Assembly: GCF_006345805.1 (NCBI RefSeq)
Contig: NC_043015.1
Span: forward strand, 41,540,001 to 41,604,000
Direction: 5' to 3'
DNA: 64,000 nucleotides
From: Octopus sinensis
Lineage: Eukaryota
Part shown: positions 1 to 13,072 of the stretch, piece by piece
How positions within the stretch are numbered: the first letter of the stretch is position 1
Layout of the letters: each line of letters begins with the position of its first letter
Translations under genes and position numbers: made by a program
The notes under the pieces: generated by a model
Databases searched by the model: none
Told to the model about the DNA's origin: nothing
Seen by the model: only the letters and a program-made list of their open reading frames with translations

Positions 1-622
1 AGAGAAGTCCAAGTCACTCAACAAACTCCAAGAACAATTGCAGACGGCTAAAATAGTAAGTTCCATCATTTTTGTACAGTTTGCATTTTAAAATCCCTGT
101 TTGTATCATCATCATCACAATTGTTGTTCTGTTGTCCTTTTTGTTTCCATACTTGCATGGATCGGATGGAATTTGTTATGGCAGATTTCCAAGGGCCAGA
201 CGCCTTTCCTGTCACCAACCCTCACTTGTTTGCTAGTGAGGTAATATTTCCTCATGGCCAGACATGTTTTCCATGGAAGACTAGAAATAAACAACCTCGC
301 TTGTATGATGGTGAGGCTTGTTTACAACCACCACACGAAGTCAATACATGCATACACACATACACAAGCTCACACATGCACATATGTACATGACTGGCTT
401 CTTTTCGTTTCTGTCTACCACATCCACTCATAAGGCATTGGTTGTCCTTGGGCTATAGAAGAGGGCACCTGCCTAATGCATGTGCATACACACACACCAT
501 GTCAAAACAGACAATGGAGTCTGGTGCAGCCCCCGGACTTACCAGCCCCTCTCAAACCGTCCAATGCATGCCAGCATGGAAAATGGACATTAAATGATGA
601 TGATCACACACACACACATATA

Positions 623-1000
623 GGCTCAGGAGTGGCTGTGTGATAAGTAACTTGTTTACAAACCACAGGGTTCTGGGTTCAGTCCCACTGCATGACACCT
701 TAGGCAAGTGTCTTCCACTATAGCCTCAGACCGATCAAAGCCTTGTGAGTGTATTTGGTAGACGGAAACTGAAAGGAGCCCATCATGTGTGTCTGTGTGT
801 TTTGTGTCTATGTTTGTTCCCCCACCATTGCTTGACAACCGATGTTGGTGTGTTTACATCCTTGTCACTTAGCAGTTTGGCAAAAAGAGACCAATAGAAT
901 AGGTACTAGGCTTACAAAGAATACGTCCTGGGGTTGATTTGTTCGACTAAAGGCAGTGCTCCAGCATGGCCACAGTCAAATGACTGAAACAAGTAAAAGA
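623..1000 (+). mobile_element. SINE family A, full copy
   Basis: colinear with 38143..38532. Confidence 0.85.
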
Positions 1001-1016
1001 AAAAAATATATATATG

Positions 1017-1048
<32 letters not shown>

Positions 1049-1341
1049 TTCTTTACTACCCACAAGGGGCTAAACACAGAAGGAACAAACAAGGACAGAC
1101 AAACGGATTAAGTCGATTAGATCGATCCCAGTGCGTAACTGGTACTTATTTAATCGACCCCGAAAGGATGAAAGGGAAAGTCGACCTTGGCGGAATTTGA
1201 ACTCAGAACGTAACGGCACACGAAATACTGCGAAGCAGTTCGCCCGTCGTGCTAACGTTTCTGCTATATATATGTATGTATATGTTTGTATATATGTAAT
1301 GTTTCACTGCTAATTTTTGCATTTGTCTGCTACAATTTCAG

Positions 1342-1504
1342 GAAGCCACTCAGAACAGCATGATGGATCTGGAGATTGCAGATTATGAACGCACTGTCAA
1401 ATCCCTTCAGGACCAACTTGGTGAAAAGGATAACAAACTCACCGAACTCACAAATGATGTCAAACATTGTGAAGAACGCATTAAAACTCTGCAAAAAGAA
1501 GTTG
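1342..1504 (+). CDS. GCC2: GCC2 (GRIP and coiled-coil domain protein 2 / GCC185) internal exon 1 of 15 in window
   Basis: ttcag acceptor, GT donor at 1505; EATQNSMMDLEIADYERTVKSLQDQLGEKDNKLTEL... matches the vertebrate GCC2 segment MMNMEIADYER as I recall it; ends phase 1. Upstream exons lie outside the window. Confidence 0.9.
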
Positions 1505-1837
1505 GTTAGTTGGCTTTTAATTAACACTTTCCCAGTAATTCTGCTCTAATGACCGATCTATTCTTGTTGACCAATCTTTTTTCACTTTGGCCAGATTTTA
1601 ACATTAAGGTTCCACTGTTTAATAAAGGCACCTGTCCTCATTTCTGTATGGAGTGTCAGGAATGGTATGGCATTGGCTCCATTGTGCCATTGAGTATCAG
1701 AAACCTCCCTAGGGCACTGGTTCTATTATTTAGTGAATTTAACTGGATTGTAAATTAAGTACCAGTGATGTAATTGACTAGTCCCCTCCTGCCATATTAC
1801 AGGCCTTGTGCCCATAGCAGAAAAGATTATTATTATT

Positions 1838-2382
1838 GAGTGAGAGAGAAGCGCATGCCATCAAAGTGAGACTGGGGTAAAATATACGAAGCCCAGTGTA
1901 CCCATCATGACTACCTGTCTGATAAGGGTACACCAGGCACATGCATCACAACCATATGTGCGTGACATGGTGATCTCATATCAAGATAAACTGCGCATGA
2001 CTTTGCAGGTGGGGCCCAGTTAGAATTGTCGAGTAACCCGTCCTGCTCCAAAGGTCCCTGAATAAGGATTGTTTAAGGATGTTGAACAAAACACCCATGT
2101 TTCCAGAGGTGAATTATTCAAACGCCAAAGAATCCCTCTCAACACATGGCTATGATGCTCTCCCACTACTTCGCTCGTGATCAGAGATGCACATATTGTC
2201 AGCCACTAAGGGACATGCTCAACTGGTTAAGGTCAAACAACTGACAAGCAAATCTGTAGTATTGAGCAGAATATTTGCTGTAGCCCATCTTTTATACCAA
2301 GACAAAACAATGTACATGATAACACTTCCAATCAGTTAAGATCAGAAGCCATGAAAGCCACTGCCTGGTACTGCATCAGGGC

Positions 2383-2385
<3 letters not shown>
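1838..2385. repeat. family C ~550-bp interspersed repeat embedded in (TTA)n
   Basis: GAGTGAGAGAG...CTGCATCAGGGCAT; near-identical copies at 8049..8603 and 25095..25653. Confidence 0.85.
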
Positions 2386-2420
<35 letters not shown>

Positions 2421-2425
2421 ATTAT

Positions 2426-2945
2426 TTGTGAAGACCTGTTGAGGCAAGTGAAAATCAATCAAAACAAATCAAAATAGATGAACATCAATGGAATTTGTAT
2501 CTTTGTGGCACACAAGAAAACCATCCGAACGTGGCCGTAGCCAGTACCGCATCGACTGGCCTCCGTGCTGCGGGCACGTAACAAACACCATCCGATCGTG
2601 GCCGTTCGCCAGCCTCATCTGGCACCTGTGTCGGTGGCACATAAAAACACCATCCAAGCGTGGCCGTCTGCCAGCCTCGTCTGGCACCTGTGTCTGTGGC
2701 ACATAAAAAACACCATCCGAGCGTGGCCGTTCGCCAGCCTTGTCTGGCACCTGTGTCGGGTGGCATAAAATCACCCACTACACTCTCGGAGTGGTTGGCG
2801 TTAGGAAGGGCATCCAGCTGTAGAAACACTGCCAGATCTGACTGGCCTGGTGCAGCCTTCGGGCTCCCCAGACCCCAGTTGAACCGTCCAACCCATGCTA
2901 GCATGGAAAACGGACGCTAAATGAATGATGATGAATGATGATGAT
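2426..2945 (+). repeat. family B element, single-unit 5'-truncated copy
   Basis: colinear with 19995..20530; shorter copies at 16370..16662(+), 8905..9125(+), 23235..23560(-), 28995..29115(+), 37040..37225(-). Confidence 0.85.
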
Positions 2946-3317
2946 ATTAATTATTATTATTATTAATTATTATTATTATTATTATTATTATTATCATTAT
3001 TTATTATTGTTATTATTATTAAGATGGTGTGAGCTGGCAGTATCAATAGAATGCTGGGCAAAATGCTTAGTAGTATTTCTTATGGCTTTTCATTCTGAGT
3101 TCAAATTCCACTCAGGACAACTTTGCTTTCCATTCCTTTGGGGTGGGTGGTCAGTAAAATAAAATACCAATTGAGCTCTTGGGGCTGTGTAATTGACATC
3201 TCCACCCATCAAAATTTCTGGCCTTGTGCCAAAACAAGAAAAGATTATTATTATTATTGTTATTAATATTATTAGGATTTTCTGAAAAATTATCGTTATG
3301 TAAAATTTAATTTTTAG

Positions 3318-3418
3318 ATTATGTTGACGAGCAGAAGGTACAAGCTGAAGATCGAAGTCAAAAATTAAAACAGCTTCTAATGAAAGCAAAGAAAGATTTG
3401 GCCGATTCTAAGAGACTT
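3318..3418 (+). CDS. GCC2: GCC2 exon 2
   Basis: ttttag/gtgagt; (D)YVDEQKVQAEDRSQKLKQLLMKAKKDLADSKRL, cf. GCC2 KIKQLLVKTKKELADSK; phase 1 to 0. Confidence 0.9.
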
Positions 3419-4550
3419 GTGAGTAATGGTCCTTCTATTTTCATAAAGCACTTCGTAATTTGGGTTTGGCTGTTTTGTGGGGACATGGAAAACTTTGTAG
3501 AGTCTTGGAGGAGTTTGTGGTGACATGGAAGAGTATGTAAGGCAATAGAGGAGTTTGCAGAAGTTTGTAGAAGTTTTACAGAGCATGAATAGTATTGCAA
3601 GGGCATGGCAGAGTGTGAAGGAGCATGGAGGGGTTTGCACAAGCTGGAAGGATATGTGGGGGCATGAAAGAATATGTGGAATCTGTAAGATCTTAGAAGA
3701 TTATGTGGTGGTGTGGGGGAGTTTGCAGAAGTTTGGAGAAGTTTTATAGAGCATGAATGGTATTGCAAGGGCATGGCAGAGTGTTAAGGAGCATGGAGGG
3801 GTTTGCACAAGCTGGAAGGATATGTGGGGGCATGAAAAAATATGTGGGATCTGTAAGCTCTTAGAAGATTATGTGGTGGTGTGGGGGAGCTTGGAGAAGT
3901 ATGTGGAGGCATGTTAAGTGCCTTGTTGAAGTACACACATTACACTCTGTAAAGTAATTGGTGAATGAGCAAAGAAACATAGAATCAAGTGAGCTGTTTA
4001 GTTGTGCTGAGAACAAGACAACCTCTTTAGTGTTGGTGCTACAGTAAAAGGTAAATGGTGCACTCTGTTGGTGTTCAGAAGGGCCTCAAACCAAGTCAAA
4101 AGGGAAAATTTATGACATGAATTTCCAATCTATTGAGAAAAGCATTAACACCAAAAAAAGAAATCTGTATGAGAAAGAAGTAAATGTGGTAAGAAGCTTG
4201 CTTCCCAACAACGTGGTTCCGGGTTCAGTCCCACTGTGTGGCAACTTGGGCAAGTGTCTTCTCATAGTCTTGAGCTGACCTAAGCCTTGTGAGAAGATTT
4301 GGTACACAGAAACTGAAAGAAGCCTGTCGTATATATATATATCAATTTCAGCTCGTGTATTTATAGTGAATGTATAATGAAATGTGGAAATTGATGATTT
4401 AAAGTCTGTTATCAGAATATTGGCATAGAATAATTTTTTCTTTTGCCCTTGTTTATAAGTTGTTTATAATTTTAACCTTTAAAGGTATTTTAATATGCTG
4501 CCACTTTCGATGAAATTTTCTGAAAAAATTTTTATCCTATATTAATAGTA

Positions 4551-4586
<36 letters not shown>

Positions 4587-4599
4587 TGTATGTATGTAT

Positions 4600-5700
4600 G
4601 GACAATTACCGTGGTATATCCCTTCTAAGCACTGTTGGAAAGACCTTTGCCCGCGTTATCCTGGCCAGGCTACAACTACTTGCTTCTCGAATCTATCCGG
4701 AATCGCAGTGTGGCTTTAGAAGAAGCAGATCAACTATCGATATGATATTCTCCATACGCCAACTTCAGGAGAAGTCCAGAGAGCAGAAAATGCCATTATA
4801 TATGGCCTTCATTGATCTAACAAAGGCTTTTGACTCGGTAAGCAGAACAGGCCTCTTCCTCCTGCTCCAAAAAATCGGATGTCCACCAAAGCTGCTGAGG
4901 ATCATCAAGTCTTTCCATGATGACATGCAAGGCACCATACAGCACAACGGTTCAACATCAGCCGCCTTCCAATAAAAAAACGGGGTAAAGCAAGGCTGTG
5001 TCCTCGCTCCTACATTGTTTGGCATCATCTTCTCACTCTTGCTGTCACATGCCTTTCAGACATCAGATGATGGAGTGTTTCTGCACAGTAGAAGTGACGG
5101 GAAACTGTTCAATCTCTCGCGCCTGCGTGCCAAGACCAAAATCAGAAACGTCCTGATCAAGGAGATGTTATTTGCTGATGGTAACAAGCATGTTTGCACT
5201 CCTCACACAAAGACGTATGAGATGGCTTGGGCATGTTAGCCGTATGAAAGATGGCAGAATCCCCAAGGACATACTCTACGGAGAGCTTGCTAGGGGTACT
5301 AGGTCTGTGGATAGACCGATCTTACGTTACAAGGATGTTTGCAAAAGGGATATGAAGGCCTGCAACATCAACATTAGCGGTTGGGAGGCAGTCGCCAGCA
5401 ACCGTGGAGAATGGCGACGTACAGTAAAAGAGGGTATACAGAGGAGTGACAGAAAGAGAGAGGAGAAATGGAAAGAAAGGAAGAGACATAAACAAGAGAC
5501 CATGGCACTACAACCAGCCAGGAACAGTCTTCGCTACATTTGCAGTACCTGCCAGAGGGAGTGTTTGTCCAGGATAGGACTACACAGCCACAGCAAGAAA
5601 TGTAACAGGAAATAAAATATAACAGCCGGACTAGACCTAGAAAAAAAAAAAAAAAAATGCGCAACTCCATTGTCTCCCGAGACAGAAAGGATGCCAAACA
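4600..5700 (+). mobile_element. RTE-clade LINE, 5'-truncated with a large internal deletion
   Basis: RT motifs NYRGISLL, ESQCGFR, FIDLTKAFDSV, GVKQGCVLAPTLF, LFAD; one in-frame stop at 4973; jumps near 5180 to the C-terminal RWLGHVSRM...C..C....SRIGLHSH end typical of RTE/BovB-like ORFs. Confidence 0.92.
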
Positions 5701-5725
5701 AACAAAACAACAATGTATGTATGTA

Positions 5726-5783
<58 letters not shown>

Positions 5784-6073
5784 GTCCCCTACCCCATGAT
5801 CATTTGACAACCGATGCTGGTGTGTTTATGTCCCCGTAACTTAGCGGTTCAGCAAAAGAAACTGATAGACTAAGTACTACACTTACAAAGAATATGTCCT
5901 GGGGTTGATTTGCTCAACTAGAGGCAGTGCTCCAGTATGGCTATAGTCAAATGACTGAAATGAATAAACGAATTAAAAAAAAGAAAGAATAATATGTTTT
6001 AATCGAAAACCAAACCAAACAAATTGGACAATGATTGATTAAATTTAATATTTTGAAACATTTTATCTGTTAG

Positions 6074-6151
6074 GAAAATGAGCAGAAGACCTGTGAAGCT
6101 CAATTGCGGGGCCAGCTGGAGCATTTCACGCAACAGATGGAAGAATGCAAG
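6074..6151 (+). CDS. GCC2: GCC2 exon 3
   Basis: tgttag/gtaagt; ENEQKTCEAQLRGQLEHFTQQMEECK; 78 nt, phase 0-0. Confidence 0.88.
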
Positions 6152-6330
6152 GTAAGTCTACATGTGCAGGGAAATGTCCCGTAGAATATTTGTTGAATTT
6201 TGTTTTGTTTATTTAGTTGTTTATTTGTTTCTTTTGTTGTCTTCTGCAATTCTGTCTCTGTTCCTTGTTCCTTGTTCATTTGTCCAAACAGGTGTTGTGC
6301 TGGGACGATGTCTTGTTTCAATACCAAAGA

Positions 6331-6361
6331 AAATTTCGAGCCTATGCTCTTCAGCAGAAAG
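6331..6361 (-). ncRNA. truncated hammerhead-like motif, variant-core family
   Basis: CUUU-CUGCUGA-A-GAGC(AUAG)GCUC-GAA-AUUU; 3' stem I lost. Confidence 0.4.
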
Positions 6362-6460
6362 AAATAGGAGAAAATAAACAGAGAGAATAAAAAGACTTGT
6401 GGATTTAGCGGTCACACACACACATCCCTCCTCTTACCATAAAGGAGAATTCAATGATCA

Positions 6461-6674
6461 CTAAATGCAACTAAGGGTGCCAAGACACCTGCATTGCTAG
6501 AAAGAGGAGTAAAATACTCCTTGTGCTGTAGGAAGAGTGAAATGTATACACACATGCTGACAGGGGGAAGAAACCTCCCCAAAACTGATCTATTTGCACT
6601 GTTCCTATAGCACAAGGAGTATTTTACTCCTATTTCTAGCAATGTAGGTGTCTTGGCACCCTTAGTTGCATTTA
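6461..6674. repeat. foldback/MITE-like inverted repeat
   Basis: ~82-bp arms TAAATGCAACTAAGGGTGCCAAGACACC... with ~48-nt spacer. Confidence 0.85.
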
Positions 6675-7172
6675 ATATATATATATATATATATATATAC
6701 TGTTATCTTGAATGTATTTAATATGTACATTTCAAGTGGTTATGTAGCAATTTACTTAGATGCTACTCTCTTCAGGTGTTACAAGCAAAATGATAAATTG
6801 TTCTGCATTAAGGCATAATACCAAATATATTTGTCTTTCTGTCTGTCTGTTTGACTGTCCATCCATTTGTCTGTCTGTTCAACCGTCCATCCATTTGTAC
6901 GTCTGTCTGTTTGACCATCCATCCATTTGTTGGTCTGTCTGTTCAGCTGTCCCTCCATTTGTCCATCCATCTGTTGGTGCCCTGTGAAAAGCATCCAGTA
7001 TACTCTGTAAAGTTGTTGCTGTTGGAAAGGGCAGATGGTAGAGCTTGGTATAGTCTTCTGGCTTGCCAGCTCTTGTCAAACTGTCCAGCTTATGTCAACC
7101 TGGAAGGCAGATGCTAAATGATGATGATGATTGTCATATGTATTCATATAATACACACACACACACACACAC

Positions 7173-7386
7173 GGGGGGCTGCTGGAAAGTTCCTGGCTTT
7201 GAGTAAAAAAAATACATGAGGATCATTTAATTATGACTTTATTCAACATATTCCCCATCTCAGATTCACACATTCATTGCAGCAGTCCTTCAGTTTTTCT
7301 AAGCCCTGTGAAAAAACTTGGAAGGTTGGGTCTACAACCAGGCCTTCTATGATGCCCTGAAAGCCAGGAACTTTTCAGCACCCCCT

Positions 7387-7387
<1 letters not shown>
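7173..7387. mobile_element. ~210-bp Tc1/mariner-like MITE (copy 1)
   Basis: imperfect TIRs GGGGGCTGCTGGAAAGTTCCTGGCTTT / AAAGCCAGGAACTTTTCAGCACCCCC; homologous to 34510..34724. Confidence 0.7.
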
Positions 7388-7417
<30 letters not shown>

Positions 7418-7791
7418 TGTGACATCATTGTGACAGCCCAGGCTCTCAGATGTTGCTACACATCGCTGGTCACAATGCGCATTGCATTGTTTTAGCCTTC
7501 AAATGACGCCATCCCGCTGGCTAAGCGAGCAGGCCACCAGAAGAAAGAGTGAGAGAAAGTTGTGGCGAAAGAGTACAGCAGGGTTCGCCACCACTCCCTG
7601 CCAGAGCCTCGTGGAGCTTAAGGTGTTTTTGCTCAATAAACACTCAGAATGCCCAGTCTGGGAATCGAAACCGCGATCCTACGACTTCAAGTCCGCTGCC
7701 CTGACCATTGGGCCATATATATATATAAATGCTTCCTTGCTATTTTGACTGATGTACTCATTGTATTTTCCTGTGTGTTTCTGCATTCCAG

Positions 7792-7971
7792 CTGCAGATG
7801 TCTGAGATGAGTGTTGAGAATCATAACCTCGAGGAACGACTGAAAACCACAACCGAAGTGCATCAGAGATCGATGAAAATCCAAGAGAAACAGGTTCAAT
7901 CCCTACAGCAGCAGCTGGATGACGTGCAGGCTCAACTGAATTCAGTCCAGAATGAGTACGAAGGCTACAAG
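7792..7971 (+). CDS. GCC2: GCC2 exon 4
   Basis: ttccag/gtgaaa; LQMSEMSVENHNLEERLKTTTEVHQRSMK...VQNEYEGYK, cf. GCC2 EFESYK; alternative in-frame AG would start at 7798. Confidence 0.9.
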
Positions 7972-8000
7972 GTGAAATGTCTAATTACTTCTTGTCGAGG

Positions 8001-8048
<48 letters not shown>

Positions 8049-8752
8049 GAGTGAGAGAGCAGTGCATGACATCAAAGTGACACTGGGGTAAAATATACGA
8101 AGCCCAGTATACCCATCATGACTACCCCTCTGATAAGGGTACACCAGGCACATGCATCACAACCATATGTGCGCGACATGGTGATCTCATATCAAGATAA
8201 ACAGCACATGACCTTGCAGGTGGAGCCCAGTTAGAATTTTCTTCAGATCGAGTAACCCATCCCGCTCAAAAGGTCCCTGAATAAGGGTTGTTTAAGGATG
8301 TTGAACGAAACACCCATGTTTCCAAAGGTGAATTATTCAAACCCCAAAAAAACCTTCTCAACACATGGCTATATGCTCCCCCACTACTTCTGCTCGTGAT
8401 CAGAGATGCACATATCGTCAGCCACTAAGGGACATGCTCAACTGGTTAAGGTCAAACAACTGACAAGCAAATCTGTGGTATTGAGCAGAATATTTGCTGT
8501 AGCCCATCTTTTATACCAAGACAAAACAATGTACATGGTAACACTTCCAATCAGTTACGATCAGAAGCCATGAGAGCCACTGCCTGGTATTGCATCAGGG
8601 CATGGAATCCTTCTCAACACATGGCTATGATGCTCCCCCACTACTTCTGCTCGTGATCAGAGATGCACATATCGTCAGCCACTAAGGGACAGAATCCTTC
8701 TCAACACATGGCTATGATGCTCCCCCACTACTTCTGCACATATCGTCAGCCA
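8049..8752. repeat. family C copy with two appended internal re-duplications
   Basis: after the normal end at 8603 the internal segment GAATCC...CAACACATGGCTATGATGCTCCCCCACTAC... recurs twice (8606, 8692). Confidence 0.8.
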
Positions 8753-9304
8753 CTATTATTATTATTATCATCATCATCATTATTATTATTATTATTATTA
8801 CTATTATTATTATTATTATTATTATTGAGTGAGAGAGCGGTGCATGCCATCAAAGGAACACTGGGGTACAAATATACAAAGCCCAGTATACCGTAGTCAA
8901 TGCCAGTACCACCTGATTGGCCCTCGTGCTGGTAGCATGTAAAAAAAAACACCACTACACTCACGGAGTGGTTGGCATTAGGAAGGGCATCCAGCTGTAG
9001 AAACTTTGCCAGATCAAGACTGGAGCCTGGTGCAGCCTTCTGGCTTGCTAACCCTCAGTCAAATCGTCCAACCCATGCCAGCATGGAAAGCAGACATTAA
9101 ATGACAATGATGGTGATGATGACGATTAACAGTGTTTTGTTTCAGTCCTATACTTTATTACAGAATATATCTATAGATTTTTAGCCAGCTCTTAATGTAA
9201 GGATATGTGTAAACACATTGCTTTTATATACAGTATCTGCTTGGATTAAAACAGAGGGATATTTGGACTAGTTAGGATATCCGTAACTGAGTGCTCTGTT
9301 TTAA

Positions 9305-9524
9305 CTCTTTCGTTACCAACCGGGCCCAAACCGGCTCTGGCTCTGTGGTAAAATGTCTTGTTTTCATAAGTTTTGAATTAAAATATTCCACCAAACCTTA
9401 GTCACAATTTACGTTCCTAACACTAGCTTAATGATAGCTAAGTTATTTTACTAAATTCTTTGTTATATCTAAAATAATTGAAAGAAACACAGAGCATCTC
9501 AAAATAAATACAGTAACGAAAGGG
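9305..9524. mobile_element. piggyBac-type MITE
   Basis: TTAA at 9301..9304 and 9525..9528; TIRs CTCTTTCGTTAC / GTAACGAAAGGG. Confidence 0.75.
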
Positions 9525-11480
9525 TTAATATGCAGGGAGATGCTGTTTATGACCCTGAGTCGCTAAGGGCTTAATATTGACTGATTTACATATTACAGTG
9601 CATTCTTGGGTATTAGTTTAATGAGTCAATTACTGGTGCATTGATAAATGAAAATAGGATCTTAGTCAGTCTTGAGAGAGAGAGAGAGCCACATGGCAAG
9701 TTCACTAGTGCTGGAACCAAGAAATTGTAGCATGATGCAGTCTTTGGACCAGTTAGATCCAGCCAAAGTGTCCAACCCATACCAGCATGGAAGGCATATT
9801 TTAAAAGATATGATGATGATGACATATAGATTTTTTTTTATCAACACTGAATGTATAGATAAATGTTAGGACAACGTTGTCTTTTTCACCAAATCTTAGT
9901 GGACAGAGTTAGTGGTGCAGTGTCAGCAGTGAAACAAATCCCTGTTAACACTCCAGTAATTTAGAGACAGCAGTGTTGGACAACTTAACAGGAATTCAGG
10001 TTAATATTTTGCATCTTTTCACATTGGTTGAAGCAATGCTGCTTAAAATTAGATTTGTCTGCTGCAAAAAAATATCAAATCTAATAACCATTATCTTTTT
10101 TTTTTTTATCAGGTCTGTGTTATCTCGACTGTAGAATCTGTTGGTGCCAGATCTGACCCCACCCTCCATCCCCCATTCCTCCACTCCTTGACATTTTTGT
10201 TCTTAAGTTGAAGAAATTGGAATAATGTTTCGTTTGAAGTTGAGAAATTCCTCTTTGTGCATTTGGGCGTGTGTGTGTGGGTGTATGTGTGTGTGTATGT
10301 GTGTGTGTGTGTGTGTGGTGTGTGTATGTGTTTGTGGTTATATTCATGTGCTTTGTTTGTGTATGTATAAGTTATCTGTGTAGTGTGTGTTTGTGTGTGC
10401 ACATGTGCGTGTAGTGTGTGTTTGTGCGTGTATTTTCTGTGATTTGCAGTGTGTATATGTTTCTGTGTGTGTGTGAGTGTAGTTTCTGTATGTGTAACTG
10501 AGTCTCTGCAGTTCATGTGAGTGCATGCATGTATGTATGTGTGTATGTGTGTGCGTGCATGCATGCATGCATGTATGTGTGTATGCATGTATGTATGTGT
10601 GTGCATGCATGCGTGTATGCATGTATATATGTATGTGTGTTGCCTGCATAGTTGCACATATGTTGCCTGACTGGCGTGTGTGTATGTGTGTGTATATATG
10701 TGTGTATGCATTGTTGCATAGTAGAATATATGTCACCTGGCTTAGTCAGCATATGTGTAGTGTATATTCATGTGTGCTGTCTCCACAGGTGTGCTGAAGT
10801 CACCTCTTTAGTGTGTGTGTGTGTGTGTGTGTGTGTTTTTCATGTCTGTGACAATGAGGAATTATTGTTCAAATATTTCTTACCATTCTTCACCGTGACA
10901 TTTCCCTGTTTTACTTTTTGCCATTTTTACCAAGATGACATCTAATTCCATTGATTTGGAATGACTTCGTTATTTCATGGAGAATCACACAAATTAGAGA
11001 TTAATTATCCGGAATTTACCACCAACCTATTTGTCATTTCTTATTACCTAATATAGTAGTAGTAGTAGTAGTAGTAGCAGTAGTAACTGTTGTAGCAGTA
11101 GAAGCAGTGGTAGCAGTGGTAGTAGTAGTGGTTGTAGTGGTGGTAGTGGTGGTGGTAGTAATAGCAAAAGGGCAACAGAATTGCAAACTTGTTATTGTAG
11201 GGCAAAATACTATATGGTATGAGTTGCAATTTATTACATTCTGAGTTCAAATCCTGTTGAGGTCAGCTTTGCCATCGTTGCCTTACACTGTTTTTTTTTT
11301 TTTTGAAAATATGCAAATAAGCAATATGTAAAATAGAAAAATTCAAAAAATTAAATATTCCTCTTTTTTTACTCAATTTAACCTAGCAGTGATTATCTCC
11401 CCTTTAATGGTAAATTCCCCAGAAGCAAGTCCCTCCATCTGTGCAAATGACCGATGTTTTCTTTTCTTTTCGCCTCACAG

Positions 11481-11560
11481 GTTCGAGTCCACAGTGTGTT
11501 GAAACAACAGAAGGACAAGATGTCTTCTAGCGATGTGAATTCTGTTGAAAAGCAAGAAAG
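11481..11560 (+). CDS. GCC2: GCC2 exon 5
   Basis: tcacag/gtcagt; VRVHSVLKQQKDKMSSSDVNSVEKQE(R), cf. GCC2 VRVHNVLKQQK; ends phase 2. Confidence 0.92.
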
Positions 11561-11636
11561 GTCAGTCAGCTGATGTTAGATATTACTTTAAGTAGCGTTG
11601 GTGTATACAATATACAGAGCATTCGGTGGCATGCAA

Positions 11637-11670
<34 letters not shown>

Positions 11671-11930
11671 CATCAACAGACTAGCAGCCAAAACTTTGGA
11701 GTCACTGTCAATACTATTCTGGTTAAAGTTATTAATTTGTACTCTACCACCTGTATTGAGTAATTTCACTGTTTAATTTCTATATATAAAACTGTTATAA
11801 CATAAAACGAAATGTCTCTCTCTCTCTCTATATATATATATATGTGTTCATTTTTATGTTATAATAAAAAACATTTCTACATTAAACAGAAGAATTACAC
11901 ACAATACAGGTGGTAGAGTATATATATATA

Positions 11931-12341
11931 CTCTTTTACTCTTTTACTTGTTTCAGTCATTTGACTGCGGCCATGCTGGAGCACCGCCTTTAGTCGAGCA
12001 ACTTGACCCCCGGGACTTATTCTTTGTAAGCCCAGTACTTATTCTATTGGTCTCTTTTGCCGAATCGCTAAGTGACGGGGACGTAAACACACCAGCATCG
12101 GTTGTCAAGCAATGCTAGGGGGACAAACACACACACACATACATATACACACACACACATATATATATATACATATATACGACAGGCTTCTTTCAGTTTC
12201 CATCTACCAAATCCACTCACAAGGCATTGGTCGGCCCAAGGCTATAGTAGAAGACACTTGCCTAAGTTGCCACACAGTGGTACTGAACCTGGAACCATGT
12301 GGTTGATTAGCAAGCTACTTACCACACAGCCACTCCTGCGC
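11931..12341 (-). mobile_element. SINE family A, full copy
   Basis: reverse complement of the 38143..38532 pattern. Confidence 0.88.
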
Positions 12342-12429
12342 ATATGTATATATATATATTAAAAAATTTGTTTTATTACTCTGCTTTTATTTATATTTTT
12401 TTTACCATTTTATATCTTTGTTACACCAG

Positions 12430-12483
12430 AGAACAACAAGACAGGTTTATTGAACAACTTAAAACTAAAATTCAAGAACTGAA
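12430..12483 (+). CDS. GCC2: GCC2 exon 6
   Basis: caccag/gtgagt; EQQDRFIEQLKTKIQEL, cf. GCC2 LIDQLKIKLQD; phase 2-2. Confidence 0.88.
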
Positions 12484-12537
12484 GTGAGTAAAATCCTTTG
12501 ATTTTTTTTTCTGCATATATACATGTATGTGTGTGTG

Positions 12538-12572
<35 letters not shown>

Positions 12573-13041
12573 ATGCATTTTCTATATGCGTGTATATATA
12601 TATATATATGTGTGTGTGTGCATATATGTTTTGTCTGTTACTTTTTACTTGTTTTAGTAATTAGATTGTGACCATGCTGGAGCAATGCTTTGAAGGATTT
12701 TAAAAACAACTGGACCAACCCCATTACTTATTTCCTTTTTTAAGGAATTTCATCATCATGACTGCAACATTCTAACCCCTAGATTATATACCTTCACTCA
12801 TCACACACACACATACACTTGGTCTGAATCCAACACCATGTTGGGATGTGGATTTCTTAACCACACAGCCATGTCTGTAATTATAAATGTGTGTATCTAT
12901 CTATTTTCTATCTATCAATCAATCAATCTGTCTGAATGACTTCTCGTCTGTCTGTCTGTCTATCTTTCTCTGTCTGTCTATGTATGTATGTATGTATGTA
13001 TGTATGTACGTATGTATGTATGTGCATATATTTACATATAT

Positions 13042-13072
<31 letters not shown>

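Noticed and set aside
8390-8430. CTGACGA on the - strand within family C
   Set aside because: No GAAA with flanking stems in the right register.
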